A stretch of 64,000 nucleotides of DNA. Source: an uncultured Eubacteriales bacterium. GTDB taxonomy: Bacteria; Bacillota; Clostridia; Christensenellales; UBA1242. The notes under the pieces are model-generated. The model did not search any database and was not told where the DNA came from. It saw only the letters and a program-made list of their open reading frames with translations. The stretch is taken from positions 2,522 through 66,521 of the forward strand of contig CAPERS010000001.1 of assembly GCA_948607205.1 (NCBI GenBank), given 5' to 3'. The first letter of the stretch is position 1. Each line of letters starts with the position of its first letter. Positions 12,902-22,934 of the stretch are shown piece by piece. The position numbers and the translations under genes are program-made.

Positions 12902-15022
12902 TTAGTCTAAACTTTTCATTTTCCAAGAGTTGTCCTGCCAATAGAATCGCATATTGCCATCTTTTTGATAACTATGCTCGGTGTCACCTTTCTTGGAAAT
13001 GATTGTGTTGCAGTCAAAGCAGTCAGAGAGGTCATCGTTATCGCCAAGCACAGCCATTTGATAATCCTGACCAGCGAGATACTCCTTTGCAATCACACTG
13101 TTATTATAACTCAATCTGCTTGAAGAGGCAAAGAAAATTGCGTGATTTGAATAATTTATTTCAATCCCAAGCACCTTTTCACTTGCCATGATGTATTTAA
13201 CCTTGAAATCACCAAGAGTATACTCCTTGTCCGCCACCACTTCCACAATGTCAACTCTTGATGACTTTGCCTTGTCAGGCACCATGGCAACTTGAAAGGT
13301 CAAACTGTCGAGATACTTTATCGCTTTGCTTGAAAGAGTTGTGTCTGTGACGAAATAGTCAATCCCGTGCTTTCTGACGCAGTCGAAATATGCGTCAAGC
13401 ATATAGTCCTGATTTTTGTTGAGATTCCCCAGCATTAGCCTCTGTCCGCTGTCGGAGGTTATAATCATCGTTTGGCAAGAGTTGTCAGACACAATGTCAA
13501 CGCCTTCAAACTTTGGCGGAATTGCACTCAAAACAATGCCTAGCGTCAGCGAAAACAAACCACACGCAACAACTGCACCTTTGACAAGTTTGCTTGAAAG
13601 AAGATATCGACTGCAAGCAAACAAAACGATGAAAAATGAAGCAACCACTTCCACTCCAAAAGATTTGAGAGGAACGCGAAGAGAAGAGGACGCAAAAACT
13701 TTGGCAACGCCTGCAATAAAATCGATAAAATATTTAAAAGGCACAAAAAGAAAGGACATAAACGGCATTATCGAGCAAATTATCATCACAAGAAGAAGCA
13801 AAGGAAACATCACACTGAAAAGCGGAATAACAACAAAATTGGCAAACACTGAAAGCAGATTGTATGACTCGGTAAACAGTGCCAAAAATGGCAATATGCC
13901 CAACTGTGCAGATATGCTCATCGCCAAAACCTCACTGCATTTGCGTGGAATTATTTTTGAAATGAGGTCAGTCAAAACTGGAAAGATGAAAAAGATTGTC
14001 GCAACGCAAAAGAAACTCATAAGAAAGCCAACATCAAGCGCCGACAAAGGATTTGGCAGAACGATGATAAATCCTGCTATGCCAAGACTTGTCAGCCTGT
14101 CATATCGCCTGCCCAAAAGCCTCGCAAGCAAAACCACCAAGCCCATAACCGATGCTCTGACAACCGAAGGCGAAAAACTGCAGAGAAAACAATAGGTCAA
14201 AAGCAAAATAAAAGCAATAATGAACTTGACATACTTGTTCGCTTTGAGTTTGTCGAGCAGAAAATATAAACACGCAACCAAAAACCCAATGTGCAGTCCT
14301 GAAACAACAAGAATATGCACAATGCCAGCATCACGAAAGTTATTCTTGACCATTTCGTCAATCTCCTGCTTGTCACCAAACAGCATGGCATAGCACACAC
14401 TGGCGCTTGACTCATCCATTCGCTCATTCAGCATGCTTTTGATATACAATCGATATTTCTCGTCAAGTTTGAGATAGCCTTTTGTCGCCACCACCTTGTC
14501 AATGCTCACTGTCGCATTGTAGCCAATGTTGTTTCGAAATGAATAGGTGTTAAAGCCGTCAAGAATTATCAGCCTCGACTGCGTCACATTAGTTACGAAA
14601 GAAAGTATATCTCCACTCTTGACACCCTCTAGACCGTTGTTATAAATTCTTAACTGAACATTTCTCACACTCTGCCCATTGATTGTCACGTCTTTAAGTA
14701 TGGCAACCTGATTTGAGCCATAGTCATAAAGTTGGTCGTCAACTCGTCCAACAACGGCGACTGGCTCAGCATAGTCCTTTCCGCCCCAAACAGCAGTTCC
14801 TGCAAAAAACAGCCCATTGCCAGCAAAAAAGAAGGCAAATATGATGAGAAGAAATTTCCACTTCTTCTTCCAAATCAAAAAGGCAGACAAAAGCACAAAA
14901 CAAACAAGAGCAATCACAAGCGCCTTGACCTCACCGCTGTAAATTCCCCTTGCAAGCGTTATTCCAAAAAGGAGTGCCAAGAAAAAATAAAACACTCTGT
15001 GAACAAACTTTCCGCCTTTCAT
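12902..15022 (-). CDS. comEC: ComEC/Rec2 DNA internalisation channel protein with degenerate C-terminal metallo-beta-lactamase-like domain
   Basis: 706 aa with many TM helices. Competence-domain pattern GIVHILVVSGLHIGF. The C-terminal 198 aa lack an HxHxDH motif. Confidence 0.85.
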   Translation of the reverse strand: MKGGKFVHRVFYFFLALLFGITLARGIYSGEVKALVIALVCFVLLSAFLIWKKKWKFLLIIFAFFFAGNGLFFAGTAVWGGKDYAEPVAVVGRVDDQLYDYGSNQVAILKDVTINGQSVRNVQLRIYNNGLEGVKSGDILSFVTNVTQSRLIILDGFNTYSFRNNIGYNATVSIDKVVATKGYLKLDEKYRLYIKSMLNERMDESSASVCYAMLFGDKQEIDEMVKNNFRDAGIVHILVVSGLHIGFLVACLYFLLDKLKANKYVKFIIAFILLLTYCFLCSFSPSVVRASVMGLVVLLARLLGRRYDRLTSLGIAGFIIVLPNPLSALDVGFLMSFFCVATIFFIFPVLTDLISKIIPRKCSEVLAMSISAQLGILPFLALFTESYNLLSVFANFVVIPLFSVMFPLLLLVMIICSIMPFMSFLFVPFKYFIDFIAGVAKVFASSSLRVPLKSFGVEVVASFFIVLFACSRYLLSSKLVKGAVVACGLFSLTLGIVLSAIPPKFEGVDIVSDNSCQTMIITSDSGQRLMLGNLNKNQDYMLDAYFDCVRKHGIDYFVTDTTLSSKAIKYLDSLTFQVAMVPDKAKSSRVDIVEVVADKEYTLGDFKVKYIMASEKVLGIEINYSNHAIFFASSSRLSYNNSVIAKEYLAGQDYQMAVLGDNDDLSDCFDCNTIISKKGDTEHSYQKDGNMRFYWQDNSWKMKSLD

Positions 15023-15183
15023 TTTATCTATAATATAACAAATTTTGCCGAAAAAAGAAAGTTATTGGCTTATTTTCGAAAATTTTTTCACTTTTTTATA
15101 ACTATTTCACATTGTTTTTTTGAAAAGTATTGCACAAATCACCTTTTTGTGATAGAATATATTTAAACAAGGAGTGAATAATC

Positions 15184-16350
15184 ATGAAAAATAAAAAAAC
15201 TTTGAAAGCAAAAATTTCAGATATGGTCAAAACAATCAAGGCTTGGACATTGGTGACTTTCACAAGAGATAAAAGCCTTAACAATTTCACAAAAGCTGGT
15301 GTTGTTATCGGTCTTACAACAACTCCAATCGTTTTCGTTGCCTGCCTTCCAACTGAAAAACCAAATGATAACGAACAAAATTCAAGCGGTGACCAAATTC
15401 AAAGTGGTGACAAAAACCCAAGTGGCGACACAAATAAAGACCCAGAAAATCCATCAAATCCAGACAAACCAACTGACCCTACAAAACCAACTGAACCAGA
15501 AAAGCCAACCAATCCAACTGACCCAGAAAAACCAGCAATCCCTGGCGATGAGAACTATGACTACCCAACCACAATGGCAGAACTCGAAGCCTCACCAGAC
15601 AAAATCAAACTCCAACAACTCCTCACAAACTATATTGATGAGAATTTGAAGGAAATGATTGCAGGAATTGGATTTAACTTTTCTACACTTAAAAATACTA
15701 AAACAATTGCTTACGATATTGATGTTGAAAATAATAAAATTACAGGGTTTTTCAATACCGTTCGTGAAGAAAAAAATCATCAGTATTATATAACCGAAAG
15801 TTATATGAAAGAAGATACAAAAATAAATTTAGTAGAAATCTTGAAATATCAAGCACAAATTGATAATGACGAACTAGATGTTACCGCTCCAAAACCAGCA
15901 ATTCAAATCAATATCCCAAAAACAAAAAATTTATTTTCAATTGCAATAACAAAAAATCAAAATGAATTTCAACCTTATGCAAAAGATGTTCTTGAAAGTT
16001 TAACAGGTGAAAAACATGAAAATGCAGAATATTTTGCTGAAAACATGGGCTCAGCTCCTGCTTTTGGTAGCGGAAACCACCCTATTGTTAGAACAACAAA
16101 ATTATATAGAGAAGGTAATAAATTTACGATAAATTATATAACAATTATTGCAAAGGACTATAGTTCAATTGGAACAGAAAATGAAAAAGAGTATATTGAA
16201 AATAAGAAAGAAAAAATAACTTTTGGCACTGAAAACACATTTTATATTGAAGACATAAAAGAAAAAGAAGATGAAATTATAATGGTTTCAGTAGATAATA
16301 AGGAATACGCAATCATAAAAGACAATCAAACATATTTTATTGAACAGTAA
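15184..16350 (+). CDS. putative lipoprotein with Pro/Thr/Glu/Lys-rich linker, function unknown
   Basis: Hydrophobic segment ending IVFVAC (lipobox-like), then KPTDPTKPTEPEKPTNPTDPEKP low-complexity linker. 388 aa. Confidence 0.6.
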   Translation: MKNKKTLKAKISDMVKTIKAWTLVTFTRDKSLNNFTKAGVVIGLTTTPIVFVACLPTEKPNDNEQNSSGDQIQSGDKNPSGDTNKDPENPSNPDKPTDPTKPTEPEKPTNPTDPEKPAIPGDENYDYPTTMAELEASPDKIKLQQLLTNYIDENLKEMIAGIGFNFSTLKNTKTIAYDIDVENNKITGFFNTVREEKNHQYYITESYMKEDTKINLVEILKYQAQIDNDELDVTAPKPAIQINIPKTKNLFSIAITKNQNEFQPYAKDVLESLTGEKHENAEYFAENMGSAPAFGSGNHPIVRTTKLYREGNKFTINYITIIAKDYSSIGTENEKEYIENKKEKITFGTENTFYIEDIKEKEDEIIMVSVDNKEYAIIKDNQTYFIEQ

Positions 16351-16390
16351 GAATGCATTCACTTTGTTAATTCTTGCGTTCCTAAAAATA

Positions 16391-16416
16391 AAAAGAGCAG
16401 AAATGCTCTTTTTTGT
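16391..16416 (+). terminator. rho-independent terminator
   Basis: AAGAGCA-GAAA-TGCTCTT followed by TTTT. Confidence 0.6.
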
Positions 16417-16450
16417 TGATTTATTTTGAAAAATAGAGTAAAATAAAGTT

Positions 16451-18556
16451 ATGAGAAAGAAATTTGTCAAACTTTTCAGTTTTTTGATGATATTTTGTTT
16501 ATCATTCCTCTTTGTCGGTTGTTCTGGGCCGGGAGGAAGTTCTTTCGGTGATGACCTGTTTGAAAAACTTGAAAATGGTGAAATAACAGAAGATGAATTT
16601 GCTGACCAAATGAAAGAAAACCTTGACATCCCACTCTATGGCACAAAACTCCTCTACCGCAGTTCTTCTTCCAATATGGGCGATATGGGAACTGACTATC
16701 AAGATTATTATTCCAAATTTTCATTATGGCTTTCATATTATTTAATAGCCGAATATGGTTACTATAACTATGGTGCGTTTAACGGACAAAATGTAGTAGA
16801 CCCTGCCAAATTTATACTTGATGACTCTGAATATATTTATGACACAATTCGATATCAAATTTCTGATGTATCAAAGATTTCTAAAACTCAAAAATTTATT
16901 ATTGGAGATAACACCGCTCCAAAAGAAACTATTGATGACAAAGATTATACAACAAGTGTATCCACAAACATTAACAACAATTGGAATTGGAGTTTTGATA
17001 TAAATTCTGCCCCTATATCATATATCAACACAAACCTAGAAGTAGAGCAACCTCATGTTCAATTTATCAATCCAAATACAACTGAGATTTTTTACAATTA
17101 TAGAAACTACGATATTCCACAATTTAAAACAAATTATCCGGATTATTATAATAATAATCAAATACTCTATAATAACTACCTCACCCAAATGCTTATAAAT
17201 GAAGATACAAAATATATGACTGATGAGTATGGAAATGAAAAATTAAGAGAAGACATTTTTGAAAATAATATTGAAAAAGCTATAGATGATATAGCAAAAA
17301 ACAAACTCCAATCTGACATGGTCAAGGCAATTGAATATCTGTTATACTGCTATTCACTTAACTACAAGCCAAACGGAATCACTGTTGATGGGCAAACTGT
17401 CAAAATCTATGGTTATAACGAAGTTGATGATGCACTGGAATTTATCAAAGAACGTTTTGACAAGCATGGTGCATATATTGGTTTCTCAGAAGAAAACAAA
17501 ACACAACTTGTTCAAGATATTCTTAACATTGTGATTGGCGAGAATGCGCAAAAGACAAATGTTGTGGAAGAGAAAACTGACATGATTGCAAATATATACT
17601 TTGCTGACCAAACTGCCCTCGACGATAACAAACCTTCTTACATTGAACTTGTTGAAAGTGACACAACACAAACAACAAAAGTTGAAGTTATCCGAAAATA
17701 CAAAGACACAATCGCAAACATCATTGACATTGCCTACACTTACGTTTCAATCGGTGAAAACACTGAAACTGAGACGCGCGAAGGAAATTCGCTCAACATC
17801 AATCAGCGTTATCTCAACTCACAAATGCAAGACCTTTGGGGAAACAATTTCTTCCTCAGCATGAGATTTGACGGTGGCGACGAGTTTGACCCAAAATACA
17901 TTCCAGCGCGCGAATATCAAAGTGCCCTTCTCATGTTCAGCGAGGAGTTCAGTTTTGACAACATCTATGTTGCTGTGCGCTATGCTGGCAACAACAACTT
18001 AACTGAGGGCTATGATTTCAATCAATACATCGAACTTAACGTCAACCTAAATCTCTACATCAACGGAGAATGGAGGCGCTGGGGAAGCGAGCGGTTGAAA
18101 GTTCCTGCTGGTGAATTTGATGCAATGGAGTTTGAAATGCAAGAAGGGTTCTCGCAAGTTGCCAAATTCAGCGAGATTGAAACCAAGTATCGCGATGAAA
18201 AGTATTCCGACTGGGGATTTTCTGCCGAAGAAGGAATCAAGGTTGGCGCGTTCAAGCCACACGTTGGTGGCGGAATTTTAAGTCAAGGCATGAGTAACTA
18301 TTCAGGCAAAGTTCAGGTTGGAAAGCCAATTAAACTTCTCGGAACGACTGCTGTTAAGGACTATTTCAAGATTGTCGAGCCAGAAGAGAACGAACTTGAA
18401 GCCAATCAGTTCTATTCATCCGCAAGGTTTGCACACGAGAAAATGGTTGGGGCAAACTTATGCGACTATGTTGAGATAACCTACGATGTCATCAAGACAT
18501 CAGGCGATTTCAACACCAACTATTCCTTCCAAACAGGCATATACATGTTCATGTAA
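16451..18556 (+). CDS. large putative lipoprotein, function unknown
   Basis: MRKKFVKLFSFLMIFCLSFLFVGCSG is a signal peptide with an FVGC lipobox. 701 aa, Asn/Tyr/Asp-rich, no recognised domain. Confidence 0.7.
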   Translation: MRKKFVKLFSFLMIFCLSFLFVGCSGPGGSSFGDDLFEKLENGEITEDEFADQMKENLDIPLYGTKLLYRSSSSNMGDMGTDYQDYYSKFSLWLSYYLIAEYGYYNYGAFNGQNVVDPAKFILDDSEYIYDTIRYQISDVSKISKTQKFIIGDNTAPKETIDDKDYTTSVSTNINNNWNWSFDINSAPISYINTNLEVEQPHVQFINPNTTEIFYNYRNYDIPQFKTNYPDYYNNNQILYNNYLTQMLINEDTKYMTDEYGNEKLREDIFENNIEKAIDDIAKNKLQSDMVKAIEYLLYCYSLNYKPNGITVDGQTVKIYGYNEVDDALEFIKERFDKHGAYIGFSEENKTQLVQDILNIVIGENAQKTNVVEEKTDMIANIYFADQTALDDNKPSYIELVESDTTQTTKVEVIRKYKDTIANIIDIAYTYVSIGENTETETREGNSLNINQRYLNSQMQDLWGNNFFLSMRFDGGDEFDPKYIPAREYQSALLMFSEEFSFDNIYVAVRYAGNNNLTEGYDFNQYIELNVNLNLYINGEWRRWGSERLKVPAGEFDAMEFEMQEGFSQVAKFSEIETKYRDEKYSDWGFSAEEGIKVGAFKPHVGGGILSQGMSNYSGKVQVGKPIKLLGTTAVKDYFKIVEPEENELEANQFYSSARFAHEKMVGANLCDYVEITYDVIKTSGDFNTNYSFQTGIYMFM

Positions 18557-18611
18557 GCGTGCCTTAAGCAAATATTATCAATAGGTTTTAATTAAAATCA
18601 ATCTTAAAAAC

Positions 18612-18645
18612 ACAAAAACCACGGAAAAATTCCGTGGTTTTTTAT
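18612..18645. terminator. bidirectional rho-independent terminator (left boundary of the phage-like island)
   Basis: AACCACGGA (18617-18625) / TCCGTGGTT (18631-18639) flanked by an A-run and a T-run. Confidence 0.7.
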
Positions 18646-18663
18646 CTTTATTGCTCTTAATTT

Positions 18664-18981
18664 TTACTCTTTTGTTTCTTCCTTTATATCTTCTTTTAAT
18701 TCCTCTTGCTCAATTTTTTCGTTCTCTGTTTTCTCATCAAGTTGTTCTTGGTCCTCACTTGTTTCGGTGTTGTCTGTTTTTGAATCCTCCTCTTTTTTTG
18801 GCATTGCAACCACTCCAAAAACAACGAGGATTCCGGCAAGTGCCATAACTATGTTTGACACAAGTTCTTCTTGAACAGAAAAACCAAAACATTTGCCAAT
18901 TGCATTGATAAGCACAACAAGAGCGCCTGCAAGTGCAGTCCAAAAGCCATATGAACGAATTTTATTCTTCATATCTCTCAC
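18664..18981 (-). CDS. phage holin-like membrane protein (phi LC3-type pattern) with long acidic tail
   Basis: KIRSYGFWTALAGALVVLINAIGKCFGF plus a second TM (IVMALAGILVVFGVVAM), then an E/D/K-rich tail. Distal end of the phage island. Confidence 0.55.
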   Translation of the reverse strand: MRDMKNKIRSYGFWTALAGALVVLINAIGKCFGFSVQEELVSNIVMALAGILVVFGVVAMPKKEEDSKTDNTETSEDQEQLDEKTENEKIEQEELKEDIKEETKE

Positions 18982-19189
18982 CCTCTTTTATATATTCTTT
19001 CAACTCACCCACCTCTTCTTTAACATCTTCGATAACTTTCAAATGCTCGGTGAGTTCGCCTATCGTTTTTTGATATTCCTTTTCACGTCTTGCACTATCT
19101 TTCAGTTGATAAAAAAACAAAAAGACAAAAAGCACTGCAAAAACGCCATAACTTATCACTATTTTGATAAGTTCATCCCAAAAGTTCAC
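18962..19189 (-). CDS. BhlA/UviB-family holin-like peptide
   Basis: 75 aa, GTG start. Single TM, with YGVFAVLFVFLFFYQLKDSARREKEYQ resembling the BhlA core, followed by a coiled acidic tail. Confidence 0.55.
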   Translation of the reverse strand: MNFWDELIKIVISYGVFAVLFVFLFFYQLKDSARREKEYQKTIGELTEHLKVIEDVKEEVGELKEYIKEGERYEE

Positions 19190-19301
19190 CTTTGTTTCCT
19201 TTAAATTTCTTCTCTTTCAAAAACTTTTCCATTTCAGCCTCCTCTATTTGCTGTTGAATTTTCTTTTCAAAACAAACATGTCCAAAATCGAAAACTATCA
19301 C

Positions 19302-20783
19302 TTAACTCTCCAAGTATTCAATTTGAAAACTGGTTATTTTTGCTTCGCCGTCGGCACAGATATTCAATTCAAAAACCTCGCCAAGCACGCTTGTTAAGAT
19401 TGTTTGAGGTTGACTTTTGCCAACAACTGAAATGCTTTTCTTTTGTCTTTCACTTGAGAAAGAAATTGTGCAGTCGTTTTCAGATATCAAATGAATTTTG
19501 TTTATCTTTTTAAGTTTTCCTGCTTTGCCAAAGTTTGTTTTAACGCTCCTCCACTCTTTTGGCAAACTTTCATCAAAAAGTTTTCCATTTTTTTCAATTT
19601 GTCCAATTTTGTTTTTGCTCTCATCATTAAAACACGCAACCAATTTGCTTTTAAGTGGATTATTTAAAACTGTGAGCGTGCGAACATCCATTCCGCGTGA
19701 AATTTCAACCTCGCCACTTGTTTGGTCGTAAACCAAAAGTGCATTATTGACAAAATCTTGATTGTTTTCACATCCGACTTTTTTGCCATCATCAAAGTTT
19801 AATCTGCATGCAAGATAATACTTTCCTTCAAAGCAAACGCCAGAAGAATGCTGGTTATCGTCACGCGTTAAAAGGTCATCACATTCAAGTGGCAAACTTT
19901 TTGTTGACGTGCCATTGAAAACCTTCAAGCCACTTCTTTCCAAGAAATATATTTTGTCACCTCCTGAAGCAATTGAACCCGGATAAATATATCCGTCCGC
20001 TTGATAAAGGTGACTTATTGAAAAGTCCTCTTTTGTGCTGTAAGTTGAAATTTTTGTTATGCCAAAATCGCGAAAAAGGTAAAGATAGTCATTGAAAGAT
20101 AGGATTTTGTTGAGATTTCCTCGCTCGTCGTTAAATTCAATGTGCTTAGTTTGTTCGTCATTCCATTCCAAAATATTGGTATTGTCCGTGTATACCAAAC
20201 TTCCTCTTGCACCTTTAGTTATTGCAAAAAGCTTATCATAATGAGTGCATATTGAAATAAGTTTTGGCGCAGACTCAACAGTGAAGTCAAAATTTGCACC
20301 AATAACTTTAAGCGGGCTTCCTTCGCCAGAAAAAACCATAACATCTTGCCCCTGATAACGATAAGGACAGCCTATCGGCGTGGAAGTGAAGTCGCAAGGG
20401 ATTGTCAAAGACAGCAATCTTTCACCAAAAAGATTGTCAAAATGAAAATTATCACTGCAGTTATAATACATCATATAATACTGATTGCTGTCATCAGTTT
20501 CATTATGCCATTTGAATGACCAAATGCTGGAAATGTTATCGCCGACCAATTCAACAACTTCTTCTTGTGCCAGGTTTTGTGGCGACTTTGGGCTTTTAAA
20601 CGCTGTGAAGCCATAGCCATTTTCAAGCCTGCCATTATTGATGCGAAAGTTATAGCAACGCTTGGCCTTTCTTCCGTTTTGAACAAAATCGTCTTTTTCA
20701 TCATTTGGACAATCTGCAAAAAGGTCATATATAAAAGTTTTTCTCTTTGTTTTAAGTGTGGGCACTTGATTTCTATAAAACAT
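19302..20783 (-). CDS. phage structural protein, repeat-rich (beta-propeller-like impression), in the position and size class of P22 gp10
   Basis: ATG at 20783 after AGGAGGAGG, overlapping the upstream stop as TGATG. 493 aa. Function inferred from gene order only. Confidence 0.5.
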   Translation of the reverse strand: MFYRNQVPTLKTKRKTFIYDLFADCPNDEKDDFVQNGRKAKRCYNFRINNGRLENGYGFTAFKSPKSPQNLAQEEVVELVGDNISSIWSFKWHNETDDSNQYYMMYYNCSDNFHFDNLFGERLLSLTIPCDFTSTPIGCPYRYQGQDVMVFSGEGSPLKVIGANFDFTVESAPKLISICTHYDKLFAITKGARGSLVYTDNTNILEWNDEQTKHIEFNDERGNLNKILSFNDYLYLFRDFGITKISTYSTKEDFSISHLYQADGYIYPGSIASGGDKIYFLERSGLKVFNGTSTKSLPLECDDLLTRDDNQHSSGVCFEGKYYLACRLNFDDGKKVGCENNQDFVNNALLVYDQTSGEVEISRGMDVRTLTVLNNPLKSKLVACFNDESKNKIGQIEKNGKLFDESLPKEWRSVKTNFGKAGKLKKINKIHLISENDCTISFSSERQKKSISVVGKSQPQTILTSVLGEVFELNICADGEAKITSFQIEYLES

Positions 20784-21319
20784 CACACCCACCTCCTCCT
20801 TGCAAGAATGGTTGAAGAATTTTTTCTCAATAAAACTTGAAGGCTGTTTTTGAATCTAACTTCAAAAATTTCAGCGTCTTCAAACATTCCTTCGCGCATA
20901 AGATATTCTCTTGCAACGCCATAAGCATAAACGCGTTCTGGCAAGTTGTCATAAATTTCATCTTCAAGGTTGACCTCTGCTGGCTGGTATGAATAAGTCA
21001 CTTTTGCTCTGTTAGCCTGAACCATGAGATAGTCTGGAAAAGCCCTGAATTTCAGTTTTCGACCAAATCTATCTTTGACCATATTGATTTTAAGTGGTTT
21101 GAACTTGAATGCTGAGAATGGCAATTTGAAATCTTTTATGTCAAGTTCTTCACTTTCAAGAACTGGCAAAAATTCACTTGCAACTTCGTTTCTGACAAGA
21201 TTGAAAATTTTTAAAAGTTTTGCAATCCTTTCGTCATCTGGCATTGTTTCAATAAGGTCTGCAATCTCCTCTTCTCCGATAAAACTGCAAGCGAGAGATA
21301 AAATATTTTTTACTTTCAT
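20783..21319 (-). CDS. putative head-tail connector/adaptor protein
   Basis: 178 aa, AGAGGAGG RBS, ATGA overlap with the upstream gene. The N-terminal acidic helix and C-terminal YAYGVAREYLMREGMFEDAEIFEVRFKNSL resemble gp6-like head-tail connector proteins. Position equals P22 gp4. Confidence 0.45.
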   Translation of the reverse strand: MKVKNILSLACSFIGEEEIADLIETMPDDERIAKLLKIFNLVRNEVASEFLPVLESEELDIKDFKLPFSAFKFKPLKINMVKDRFGRKLKFRAFPDYLMVQANRAKVTYSYQPAEVNLEDEIYDNLPERVYAYGVAREYLMREGMFEDAEIFEVRFKNSLQVLLRKNSSTILARRRWV

Positions 21320-21624
21320 GAAAGCGCCTCCTCTAATTTATTTACTTCCTCTTTCAAAACTTTTTTCATCATCATTTCATTTTCTTTGTCAAGTTCGGCG
21401 ATGATTTTGTCTTTATTTTCAACTCTGGTCCTCAAAGCGTGGTCAATCGTTCGGCAATCCAAAAGCTCAAACGGAACTGTGAAACAATAACTTGAGCCAC
21501 GCTGTTCACTGCTGTGAACTTCAAACTTTTGTGAATCTGTGTTGTATAAAACAAAATATGACCGGTCTATTTCTTTCAATCTTTCACAGATAAACAAGGC
21601 ATCAGTCAAAATTTTTAATTTCAT
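21316..21624 (-). CDS. phage hypothetical protein (102 aa)
   Basis: Start moved to the ATG at 21624 behind AGGAGGAG. Lies between the capsid and connector genes. Confidence 0.55.
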   Translation of the reverse strand: MKLKILTDALFICERLKEIDRSYFVLYNTDSQKFEVHSSEQRGSSYCFTVPFELLDCRTIDHALRTRVENKDKIIAELDKENEMMMKKVLKEEVNKLEEALS

Positions 21625-21707
21625 AAATCTCCTCCTAAATTGACAAAAAAGGCAAAAATTTGCTTCAAATAGCAAAAAATTTGCCTTTTTGTAATGAAAA
21701 AATTTTA

Positions 21708-22934
21708 TTAAGCGTTTTCAGAACCACTGTTTGAAACGTTTACAGTTGTTGAAAATGGATTTGTTACTGTTGATTTGATTCCGCTGATGAGCGCTTGTCC
21801 ACAAGGCTTATCGCAGATAAGTTCAGCATATTTAACAAGAGTTGCGCTGTAAGTTGGATAGTTTTGATTTTGTTTTAAAATGCGTCCATCTTCGCCTTCA
21901 AGCCATTTCCAGTCGCAAAGTTCATGAAGTGTGAAGTCATTTGTGTTTAAGAGATACATTTTGTCGTCATCAACAAATCTGTCAGCAACAACAGGAATGC
22001 CGTTGTGAGTGATTGTTTTGTATCCGCCTTCAAGTTCAGTGACATCAACGTTTCTTCTGTAAGCGCCAAGATATTCTTGATATGCTCTTCTAACTGCACT
22101 TGATGTTGCAATAAAGTTAATGTTTGAATCGTTATTCATATCAAGGAAGTCAATCGCTTGTTGGATAAGAATGTCAGAGATTTCAGTTGCAGTTGTGCTA
22201 ACATAAGGGTTAAGCCATTGATAGTCTGACTTTTTAACGCCATAAATCTCAGTTGCTGATGTGTCAAAAATTTTGCCAAGACCAGAAATTTCATAGCCTT
22301 TTGAACCTTGAACATAAAGTTTGTGTCCTTGTGCAATTGTTCCAGTGAAAAGTGATGCGTCAAAGTGGAAAGTTTTGTTCACTCTGTCAACATATGTGAT
22401 TTTAACAATTTGATTTGCGTTAACTTTTGTTTCACCATTATAGATGTCAACAAGCATACCTTCGATAAGGTTGTTAACTTTGTCGCAAACAACTTTGTTT
22501 CCGTCAACGGAAGCAACAGTTGCAAGAAGACCACTACCATCGCCATAAAGCATTCTTCCAAGGTTGAAAGCACTTGCCTTAACAAGACCTTCCATTTCGT
22601 CTGAAAGAAGGTTTACGAATGCACCAATATTGCTTGCAGATGCTCTTACTGATTTGTCAGAAAGTTCAATCTTGCCATAAAGGTTTTTGAGTTCTGCAAC
22701 AAATTGAACATATCCGTTTCCAGAAGATGCAGGAAGTTCGCCTGCTTCAGAACCTGCACCAATTCCGCCATTGATTCCGAAAGGTGCAAGTTTTCTTATT
22801 TCTTTGCCCCAAACATCTTTGCTTGATCGCTTTATCTTTGCCATGAGTGGATTTGCTTTAACATTAAGTTGATTTGCCACAACATCAAGATAAACATTCT
22901 TCAAAGCGTTTTCGGCTGTTTGTAATGTTACCAT
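21708..22934 (-). CDS. phage major capsid protein (HK97-fold family)
   Basis: 408 aa. RMLYGDGSGLL matches the conserved flxGDGsG motif of HK97-family capsid proteins. Follows the scaffold gene. TAGGAGAA RBS. Confidence 0.78.
   Translation of the reverse strand: MVTLQTAENALKNVYLDVVANQLNVKANPLMAKIKRSSKDVWGKEIRKLAPFGINGGIGAGSEAGELPASSGNGYVQFVAELKNLYGKIELSDKSVRASASNIGAFVNLLSDEMEGLVKASAFNLGRMLYGDGSGLLATVASVDGNKVVCDKVNNLIEGMLVDIYNGETKVNANQIVKITYVDRVNKTFHFDASLFTGTIAQGHKLYVQGSKGYEISGLGKIFDTSATEIYGVKKSDYQWLNPYVSTTATEISDILIQQAIDFLDMNNDSNINFIATSSAVRRAYQEYLGAYRRNVDVTELEGGYKTITHNGIPVVADRFVDDDKMYLLNTNDFTLHELCDWKWLEGEDGRILKQNQNYPTYSATLVKYAELICDKPCGQALISGIKSTVTNPFSTTVNVSNSGSENA

Noticed and set aside
15440-15545. 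Possible DNA tandem repeat or VNTR in the lipoprotein linker
   Set aside because: The repeats are imperfect at the nucleotide level and simply encode a Pro/Thr/Glu/Lys low-complexity linker. This is not a discrete tandem array.
19190-19301. 19-codon ORF with a strong GAGGAGG RBS (ATG at 19245) upstream of and overlapping the BhlA-like start
   Set aside because: It is too short and lacks features that would support calling it a gene. It is noted under the holin finding as a possible upstream or coupling ORF only.
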